From NCBI GenBank assembly GCA_049518795.1, contig JBEKRK010000001.1, positions 654,477 through 718,476 of the forward strand: a stretch of DNA of 64,000 bases, written 5' to 3'. Every line of letters begins with the position of its first letter. Within the stretch, counting starts at the first letter, position 1. Positions 57,608-64,000 of the stretch are shown one piece after another. The notes beneath the pieces are model-generated. The model worked only from the letters and a program-made list of their open reading frames with translations. It searched no databases and was not told the origin of the DNA. This DNA comes from Sedimentisphaerales bacterium (GTDB taxonomy: Bacteria > Planctomycetota > Phycisphaerae > Sedimentisphaerales > UBA12454). Made by a program: the position numbers and the translations under genes.

Positions 57608-57920
57608 AAAAATCTCCTCCTATAAAAAAAGTGATAAATTCAGGATATAGGAATGCTTGTTTTGTGGTTTTGCAGTGGACTGTTTACCGTTCACAGTAAA
57701 TTTAGAAAAAATATCAGTTGTAACATGTTTACAGTAAAGTTTTTATGGCAATTATTGCCAAAAGTTAGCTAATTGTCAAATAACACTGGTATTTTACCAT
57801 ATTGCTTAACAAAAGTCAAGGAAAAAATAGCCACGAAGACACTAAGACACCAAGAAAGAGAAGGTAGAATATAGAATAATGCAGAAGGGAGGAAAGGCAT
57901 CAGGAACCTTTATGGGGGTG

Positions 57921-57957
57921 AAAAAAAACCGCCGAGGGGTAATCCATCGGCGGCTTT
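57921..57957 (-). terminator. rho-independent terminator of the PepSY-like gene
   Basis: On the minus strand: 7 bp stem ccgccga/tcggcgg, 11 nt loop, then a run of 8 T. Confidence 0.65.
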
Positions 57958-57975
57958 TATCAAGGAAGCTAAACA

Positions 57976-58500
57976 CTATTTTTCATCTTTATCGTCATTG
58001 TGTTTTTCTTTTTTCTCTTTCTTCTCTTCCTCTTCTTTCAGGATTTTGCCGTCATCGGCGATTTTCAATTCTATAGTCTTGCCCTTTTTCTCGACCTTGA
58101 CTTCATATTTTGTTACTGGGGCATCGAGCTTGACCAATTTGTATTTCGCGTGGACAATCTTTTTTTCGGCCTGGACGATTTTACCTTTAGAAGCGGCGGC
58201 CTTTTCAACAGCGGCAGGCAGAGCATCCGGCTTTTCCTTTGTCTCAACCGTGACAACAGTCCCCTCTTCATCCAGCATTATTTCCTTCTCTACGCCGTTA
58301 TCGTCAAGTTTGACTTCATAAAGCTCCAGGCATTTCTTCTTCATCTCGGATTTCTCAACCTTACCGGCAGGATACAGTGCCTTTATCGCGGCTCGGACAG
58401 CCTTGGGAAGCTCAATTTTGCCATCGTGTTTTTTCGCGTAAACAGCGGCACAAACAATGGCAATGACCATCACTATTACAATCATATTTTTCTTTGTCAT
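57976..58500 (-). CDS. secreted PepSY-like repeat protein with a Lys/Glu-rich tail
   Basis: N-terminal signal/anchor, then two LPxAV...YEVK...DGK modules, then a KEEEEKKEKKEK tail. Confidence 0.55.
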   Translation of the reverse strand: MTKKNMIVIVMVIAIVCAAVYAKKHDGKIELPKAVRAAIKALYPAGKVEKSEMKKKCLELYEVKLDDNGVEKEIMLDEEGTVVTVETKEKPDALPAAVEKAAASKGKIVQAEKKIVHAKYKLVKLDAPVTKYEVKVEKKGKTIELKIADDGKILKEEEEKKEKKEKHNDDKDEK

Positions 58501-58700
58501 TTTTAATCTCCTTATAATCTAACAGATATACCGGCACAACCGGTTTGAACGCTTATTTTGATGTTTTTGCGATGCACTTTCAGCCTTTTAATTTCTTCGG
58601 CATTTCACCGGGGTTTTCATTAAAACTGGTTCTGGCATTTTCAACGCGGATATGTATAATAAAAGGGCTGTTTTTTCTGAATAAGGATATTAAGATAAAA

Positions 58701-60686
58701 ATGAGCGAATATATTCCACTTACGAAAAAGCAAATCAAGCAGCTTCAAAAGCAAAACTGCTCATCCGGCAACTGGAAAGATGTGGCTGTTTCGCCTGATT
58801 TTAAGCCTGACAATATAAAAAATGCGATATTTTCAGGCAAAGTTAAATTAGGCAAATTTGATAAAATGATTAACTTTTACGGCGGAGTAAGCAAACCAGC
58901 CGGCATTTATAATGCCTATATTCATAACTGCACTGTGGGCGATAATGTGTATATTTCCAACGTATCGAATCATATAGCGAACTACATAATAGAAGACGAC
59001 TGCATAATCGACCATATAGACCTGCTTGCAGTTGAAGGCCAAACAACATTCGGCAACGAGACGAAAGCGGTGGTTATAAACGAAGCCGGCGGCAGAGAAG
59101 TTATAATATTCGATAATCTTTCCGCTCAGATTGCTTATATTTTAGCCCTGCACAGACATAGGACGATTGTTCGAGAAAAGATTGAAAAGCTGATAGCACA
59201 ATATGCCCAAAGCGTCAAATCCGACATCGGCACAGTAGGCAAAGGCGCTCATTTATCAAACTGCGGCACAATCAAAAATGTCCAAATCGGCGATGCGGCG
59301 ATTATCGGCAACGTAAAACGGCTTGAAAACGGCACAATAAAAAGCTGCTCACAAGACCCAACAGAGATCGGCGCAAGCGTTGTCGCAAAGGATTTTATAA
59401 TCGCCGAAGGCGTTAAAATAAGCGAGGGCTCAATAATTTTCAATTGCTTCATCGGCCAGGCAACAAAAATAAACAGGCAGTTTTCCGCGGAGAATTCAGT
59501 CTGTTTCGCCAACTGCGGCTTTCATCACGGCGAGATATGCTCGATTTTCGCCGGCCCTTATACTGTCAGTCATCACAAGTCCACACTTCTCATAGCCGGA
59601 CTGTTCAGTTTCTTCAACGCCGGCAGCGGAACAAACCAAAGCAATCATTTGTATAAAACCGGTGCAGTGCATCAGGGTATTTTCGAACGCGGCACAAAAA
59701 TGACCAGCGACGGCTACGTTATGTATCCTGTCTGGATTGGAGCGTTTTCGGTAGTTCTGGGCAGACATTACGCACATCCGCAGACTGCTGATTTGCCTTT
59801 TTCATATCTCTTCGAGGAACAGGGCAAAACTTTCGTCGTGCCGGGCATAAACCTGCGGACCGTAGGCACAGTCCGCGACGGCGAAAAATGGCCGAAACGC
59901 GACGAAAGAAAATCGCCGGACAAAACAGACTTGATTATCTTCGACGTTCTAAGCCCTTACACCGTCCAGAAAATCATAAGAGGACTCGATATCCTGCTGG
60001 GCCTCAAATCCGCTCAAACAGACTCTTCAAATACAGTCGCCTGCGGAAACCAGTATTTCAAGGTTCCGGCTCTCCTCAAAGGAATAGAATACTATACAAT
60101 CGCAATCAATAAATTCCTCGGCGACTGCCTGATTGAAAAATTACAGTCCTGCCGGCCGGGAACGGCTGCGGATATTGTAAAGCTTGTCAATGATGCGGAT
60201 TTGGAAGGCTGCGGCAAATGGCTCGATATCGCGGGACTACTTGTGCCGGAAAAATCTTTAAATTCCCTGCTCGGCAATATTGAAAATGAAAAATTAAATA
60301 CGCTCGATTCAATTTCGGAAAGATTCAAACGCCTTTATGAAAGATACGGCGAATATAAGTGGTCGTGGGCGGCTGAAAAAATCCGTAATATTATGAATAA
60401 CCAAAAAAACATACCCGAACCTGAAAAAATAATAAAGATTATTCAAGACTGGGCCGGCGCCTGCGAAAAATTAACTGCTCTCATTATCGAAGATGCGGGC
60501 AAGGAGTTTGCAGAGGAGCAGAGGCTCAGTTTCGGAATCGACGGCGGCAAAGAGACAAGGGACGCCGATTTTGATGCGGTCAGAGGCACCTTCCAGGGCA
60601 ATAGTTTCATTCGTCAGCTTAAAGGGCAAATCGAAACTACAAAAAAAACCGCCGAAGAAATGATAAGGAAAATCAAAGCACGATGA
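58701..60686 (+). CDS. DUF4954-like protein (predicted left-handed beta-helix N-terminal half)
   Basis: MSEYIPLTKKQIKQLQKQNCSSGNWKDV resembles the DUF4954 N-terminus as I recall it. Start set at the ATG 58701 rather than the hydrophobic, SD-less 58545 extension. Confidence 0.55.
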   Translation: MSEYIPLTKKQIKQLQKQNCSSGNWKDVAVSPDFKPDNIKNAIFSGKVKLGKFDKMINFYGGVSKPAGIYNAYIHNCTVGDNVYISNVSNHIANYIIEDDCIIDHIDLLAVEGQTTFGNETKAVVINEAGGREVIIFDNLSAQIAYILALHRHRTIVREKIEKLIAQYAQSVKSDIGTVGKGAHLSNCGTIKNVQIGDAAIIGNVKRLENGTIKSCSQDPTEIGASVVAKDFIIAEGVKISEGSIIFNCFIGQATKINRQFSAENSVCFANCGFHHGEICSIFAGPYTVSHHKSTLLIAGLFSFFNAGSGTNQSNHLYKTGAVHQGIFERGTKMTSDGYVMYPVWIGAFSVVLGRHYAHPQTADLPFSYLFEEQGKTFVVPGINLRTVGTVRDGEKWPKRDERKSPDKTDLIIFDVLSPYTVQKIIRGLDILLGLKSAQTDSSNTVACGNQYFKVPALLKGIEYYTIAINKFLGDCLIEKLQSCRPGTAADIVKLVNDADLEGCGKWLDIAGLLVPEKSLNSLLGNIENEKLNTLDSISERFKRLYERYGEYKWSWAAEKIRNIMNNQKNIPEPEKIIKIIQDWAGACEKLTALIIEDAGKEFAEEQRLSFGIDGGKETRDADFDAVRGTFQGNSFIRQLKGQIETTKKTAEEMIRKIKAR

Positions 60687-60701
60687 CAGGGTCTTCGTTT
60701 T

Positions 60702-60735
60702 CCTTACTTCCTTACCTTCTTACTTCCTTATTTCC
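60702..60735 (+). repeat. tandem 8-mer array (CCTTACTT CCTTACCT TCTTACTT CCTTATTT CC), abutting the pilT promoter -35
   Basis: Direct reading. Ends 3 nt before TTGACA at 60739. Confidence 0.85.
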
Positions 60736-60738
60736 ATA

Positions 60739-60768
60739 TTGACAAGGTCTTACGTTTTATAGTAGAAT
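60739..60768 (+). promoter_or_regulatory. sigma70 promoter TTGACA-N18-TAGAAT upstream of the pilT-like gene
   Basis: -35 at 60739-60744 and -10 at 60763-60768. Confidence 0.55.
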
Positions 60769-60871
60769 AAAATATTCTGATTTTAGCCTGAGCCTGGCGC
60801 GGCGGGCCGTAGCCGCAAATTATAGTCATCGTAACCTTCTTTTTAACAATAGGTTACAATTCGGAGCAAAA

Positions 60872-61999
60872 ATGGCCGAAAAGAAGCAGCCAATTGATAC
60901 ACATGTGCGTTTGGAGGTAGAGCCGGAGATAAACAGGTATTTTAAAGCCGCGATTAAGGCAAACGCCAGCGACCTGCATCTTAAAGTCGGACATCCGCTG
61001 AAGTTACGAGTCAACGAAGATATTAGAGATACAACGACGGAGCCGCTGACTGAAGAGGTAATTGAAAGGCTTATTTTTGAGATTATTAGTGAGCAGCAAA
61101 AACAATTTTTCCTCGAAAACGGCACTCTCGACTTCGCTCACGAAGTCGGCCAATCGGACAGATTCAGGGTAAACATTTTCAGACAAAGGTCTAAAATCAG
61201 TTTATCAGCAAGAAGAATGATTTCGAAAATTCCTCCCCTTGACTCACTTCATCTGCCCGCTGCGGTTAAAACTCTCGCTGACAAATCCTATGAAGGCCTG
61301 ATTCTCGTAACAGGACCATCACGATGCGGCAAAAGCACTACAATCGCATCAATGATAGACTACATAAATCAAACCCGCTCCTGCCATATAATTACTATAG
61401 AAGACCCGCTTGAATTTACCTTCGTCGATAAAAAAGCAATTGTCTCTCAAAGAGAAGTCGGCATCGATGTTAAGGATTACACAGGAGCGCTGGACTCGCT
61501 GACAAAACAGGACCCCGATGTGGTCCAGCTCGGCGAAATGCGGAATAAAGACACGCTGCTTGCGGCGATAAAAGCAGTGGAAACAGGCCGATTGGTCTTC
61601 GGCACCCTGCTTTCCACAAACGCCCTGCAAACCATACAGCGAATCGTTGACCTGTTCCCGCAGGAAGAAAGATATCTGGCAAGACAAAGATTCGCCAATG
61701 CCCTCAAGGCTATTGTATGCCAGTCAATTATTCCCGGAGCGAAAAAAGATATGCCAAGAGTGCCAGCTGTTGAAATACTCATCGCAAATCCAATCGTTAA
61801 AAACCTCATAGCAGAAGGACGGGAAAACGACATTAACGGAATTATAAGAACAAGCCCAAGCGAAGGAATGCAGAGCTTCACCGAAAGTCTCAGGGCGCTG
61901 GTTGAAAATGAATCGATTGACCTGAAGATAGCCCTGCAGTATGCTCCAAGCGCAGAAGAATTGAAAATGGCTCTTAAAGGAATTATGGCCAGAGCTTAG
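60872..61999 (+). CDS. pilT: PilT-like type IV pilus retraction ATPase with a degenerate His box
   Basis: ASDLHLKVG, Walker A GPSRCGKSTT, Asp box IITIEDPLEF, and Walker B DPDVVQLGEMRN. The His box reads TGRLVFGTLLSTN where TGHLVFGTLHT is expected. Confidence 0.8.
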   Translation: MAEKKQPIDTHVRLEVEPEINRYFKAAIKANASDLHLKVGHPLKLRVNEDIRDTTTEPLTEEVIERLIFEIISEQQKQFFLENGTLDFAHEVGQSDRFRVNIFRQRSKISLSARRMISKIPPLDSLHLPAAVKTLADKSYEGLILVTGPSRCGKSTTIASMIDYINQTRSCHIITIEDPLEFTFVDKKAIVSQREVGIDVKDYTGALDSLTKQDPDVVQLGEMRNKDTLLAAIKAVETGRLVFGTLLSTNALQTIQRIVDLFPQEERYLARQRFANALKAIVCQSIIPGAKKDMPRVPAVEILIANPIVKNLIAEGRENDINGIIRTSPSEGMQSFTESLRALVENESIDLKIALQYAPSAEELKMALKGIMARA

Positions 62000-62034
62000 G
62001 ACAATATTATACAAGGAAAATACCGGAGAACTTA

Positions 62035-63705
62035 ATGCCGACAGTTATAGCAGCAATACAATTAGGAGCTTATATTTCAATCATCAAGCTGGTTGTCTTT
62101 ATAATCGGATTTTTTGTCTGGTTTCCATTGCTTATCTGGGTCAATAATGACGCAAAAAATGTGCGCACCAACTCGTTCAAGTGGACTTTGACAGTTTTGA
62201 TAGCCGGCGCTGCAGGTATTCTTATTTGGCTGCTGATACCGCTTTTTATCATCGGACTTCCGATATATATAATAACGTTAGGCACAACCTCGATAGTCTA
62301 TGTTATGCACCGCAATAGTCTGGTTGGTGAATTTCAAAAAGTTTTGACAGTCGGCCATATAAAAGGGCTTTTTACCAATGAACAAAAGCAGATAGAAAAA
62401 ATCAACAAAGGCCTTCTATTTATAACGGCAAACAAAAACAAAGTTCCGCCCCCTCGACCGAAAACGCCGGAGTTTTTCGGCTTTAAAGTCGCACAGGATT
62501 TTTTCAATGACGCAATCTGGAAACGGACAAGCGATATAGTCCTGACACCTGCCGCCCAGCAATATCAGATACACTTTGCCATTGACGGCGTAATTGAAAA
62601 GCAGGAGCCCCGCCAAAGAGAAGAATGCGAATTTTTCATAAGGTATCTCAAAAATCTTGCAGACCTCGATGTCGAAGAAAAACGCAAACCCCAGACCGGC
62701 CGATTTACTGTTCAAAAAGACGAGCAGCCATTCGAATGGGAGGTTACCACAGCCGGCACAACAGCAGGAGAGCAGGTTAAATTAAGATTATTCGCAGCAC
62801 ATAATATTCTTAAACTGACTAATTTGGGACTTGCGCCCGAACAGCTTGAACAGTTTCAAAACCTTCGGGACGCCAAAGGCGTTTTTATCATATCCGGCCC
62901 CAAAAAGAGCGGCGTAACTTCAACTTTCTATGCCCTTATACGCAATCATGACCCATTTATGAACAATATAAACATACTCGAAAAAAGACCTATCGGCGAC
63001 CTGCCTAATGTTACACAGATTGTTTATTCACTAAGCGACACAGGAACAGTATCTTATGCCAAAAGATTCCAGGCAATACTCAGGACCGGGCCTGACATTG
63101 TCGGCGCTGAACACTGCGATGATGATAAAGGAATAGCCAAATTAGCCTGCGCATCGGCAAAAGACGGCAAGATGACCTATATAACTATGGAAGCGTCAGG
63201 CGTTATCGAAGCCATAGGCAAATGGATAAATTATGTAGGCGACAAGGATGCTGCAATCGACTATTTAGTGGGAATAAGCAATCAGCGGCTTATAAGAATA
63301 CTATGTGAAAAGTGCAGAGAACCTTATGAGCCAAACAGGGATATGCTGAGAAAATTGAATATTCCAGCCGACAAAATAAAGCAGTTTTACCGTCCCGGCC
63401 AACCTCAGGCCAAACGCGGCAGGCCGATTGTTTGCGAGCGATGCCAGGGCACCGGCTTTTATGGAAGAGAGGCTGTATTTGAAATTATTTTCCCGAACGA
63501 TGAAATCAAAAAACTCCTGAAACAGGCCAAAACGAAAGCTGATATCCAAAACATTTTCAGGCACGCAAGAATGTTATACCTGCAGGAACAGGCCATCAGG
63601 AAGGTGGCTACAGGTTTGACATCAATAAATGAAGCGATTCGCGTTCTGTCAGGCTCACAGGATGCGCAAGACAGCGGGAAAAAGAAAACCGAAACAACAG
63701 AATGA
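62035..63705 (+). CDS. membrane-anchored GspE/PilB-like protein with degenerate ATPase motifs
   Basis: Three N-terminal TM helices, then a GspE N2/CTD-like region (SDIVLTP, IDG) and a retained tetra-Cys cluster (CEKC...CERCQGTG). Walker A reads GPKKSGVTS, with no Lys. Confidence 0.65.
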   Translation: MPTVIAAIQLGAYISIIKLVVFIIGFFVWFPLLIWVNNDAKNVRTNSFKWTLTVLIAGAAGILIWLLIPLFIIGLPIYIITLGTTSIVYVMHRNSLVGEFQKVLTVGHIKGLFTNEQKQIEKINKGLLFITANKNKVPPPRPKTPEFFGFKVAQDFFNDAIWKRTSDIVLTPAAQQYQIHFAIDGVIEKQEPRQREECEFFIRYLKNLADLDVEEKRKPQTGRFTVQKDEQPFEWEVTTAGTTAGEQVKLRLFAAHNILKLTNLGLAPEQLEQFQNLRDAKGVFIISGPKKSGVTSTFYALIRNHDPFMNNINILEKRPIGDLPNVTQIVYSLSDTGTVSYAKRFQAILRTGPDIVGAEHCDDDKGIAKLACASAKDGKMTYITMEASGVIEAIGKWINYVGDKDAAIDYLVGISNQRLIRILCEKCREPYEPNRDMLRKLNIPADKIKQFYRPGQPQAKRGRPIVCERCQGTGFYGREAVFEIIFPNDEIKKLLKQAKTKADIQNIFRHARMLYLQEQAIRKVATGLTSINEAIRVLSGSQDAQDSGKKKTETTE

Positions 63706-63717
63706 AAGTGAAGAAAA

Positions 63718-64000
63718 ATGCTGGCTGAACTGGCAGTAATTTTGATTATACTTATGACGGTCGCCTTTACATATCTTAAAGGCTCAATTATCAAGGCGTT
63801 TTTGCTTCTGATAAGTACATTTATCGCTGCGACTATCGCATTTGCATACTTTGAAACACTGGGACAGCTGGTAATAGGCTATAAATTAATGCCGCAATGG
63901 GCATTCGGCGCCACTTTATTAATTATCTTCGCTTTTACATTGGCTATTTTAAATGCAATCGGCGGTAAACTGATAAAAACTGACATATACTTTGGCGATG
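63718..64000 (+). CDS. CvpA-like membrane protein, N-terminal fragment (runs off the window)
   Basis: ATG at 63718, open to the window end. Hydrophobic MLAELAVILIILMTVAFTYLKG... resembles CvpA-family N-termini. Confidence 0.35.
   Translation, partial: MLAELAVILIILMTVAFTYLKGSIIKAFLLLISTFIAATIAFAYFETLGQLVIGYKLMPQWAFGATLLIIFAFTLAILNAIGGKLIKTDIYFGD

Noticed and set aside
55546-57975. Prophage or integrative element
   Set aside because: There is no integrase/recombinase, no tRNA target, no direct att-like repeats of useful length and no structural phage genes. At most it is a remnant; it is kept as an accessory islet finding instead.
58000-58506. 168-aa and 107-aa plus-strand ORFs rich in Phe/Leu/Ser
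   Set aside because: They mirror the Lys/Glu-rich PepSY-like gene on the minus strand. They are a low-complexity artefact.
58545-58700. N-terminal 52-codon extension of the DUF4954-like ORF
   Set aside because: The extension is hydrophobic, AT-rich, SD-less and begins 44 nt from the divergent gene. The MSEYIPLTKKQ start resembles the family N-terminus. The longer form is not strictly excluded.
60769-60871. Possible c-di-GMP riboswitch in the pilT leader
   Set aside because: The GC-rich segment gcctgagcctggcgcggcgggccgtagccgc does not match the GEMM-I/II cores as I recall them. Only a short gtaacc/ggttac hairpin is evident.
1-64000. tRNA, rRNA, tmRNA, RNase P or transposase genes
   Set aside because: I scanned the longer intergenic regions (9.5, 11.5, 48.4, 52.2-52.8, 55.6, 57.7, 60.7 kb) by eye. 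No T-arm GTTCGAATC-like boxes, rRNA-like segments or transposase-like ORFs were seen. Absence is by eye only and should be confirmed with tRNAscan-SE and Infernal.

Overview
Chromosomal window from an AT-rich bacterium. I cannot assign a lineage from the sequence alone. By eye I found no rRNA, tRNA, CRISPR array, transposase or integrase. Layout: (1) 1-20.3 kb is tightly packed plus-strand housekeeping: gltD-like fragment, nadE, carB, carA, rpe, accD, hisC, a 3-gene insert, hisB, ispF, cysS, ruvC, a PLP Cys/Met enzyme, ruvA, ruvB, a cell-wall amidase, zupT, manA. (2) 20.3-43.7 kb is a ~23 kb glycan assembly and modification cluster. It opens with a NusG paralog and carries about 9 glycosyltransferase-type proteins, 7 SAM-methyltransferase domains, AsnB, a DegT aminotransferase and a Wzx flippase. 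(3) 43.7-64 kb holds rseP-dxr, an AraC/PocR regulator, a Pta-N/DRTGG protein, an RF-1 domain protein, fhs-folD flanked by two small nuclease-rich accessory islets, a PepSY-like protein, DUF4954, and an atypical pilT-like gene plus a membrane-anchored GspE-like gene. The most unusual signal is not a protein. It is a family of ~100-120 nt cassettes bounded by perfect 14-17 bp inverted repeats. They sit exactly on start codons (carA, Pta-N-like gene) or supply the C-terminal tail and stop codon of genes (carA, rpe). There are also hairpin clusters and short tandem 'word' repeats in many intergenic regions. Candidate undescribed protein systems are: the promoter-bearing 3-gene membrane/soluble cassette between hisC and hisB; a methylase-less PD-(D/E)xK + GIY-YIG nuclease operon; an FRG / Zn-ribbon / HNH-AP2 islet sharing a promoter module with the nuclease islet; and a TM-anchored, apparently catalytically dead GspE-like protein next to a PilT lacking its His box. 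All functional calls come from motif recognition in the supplied translations; no database search was run.
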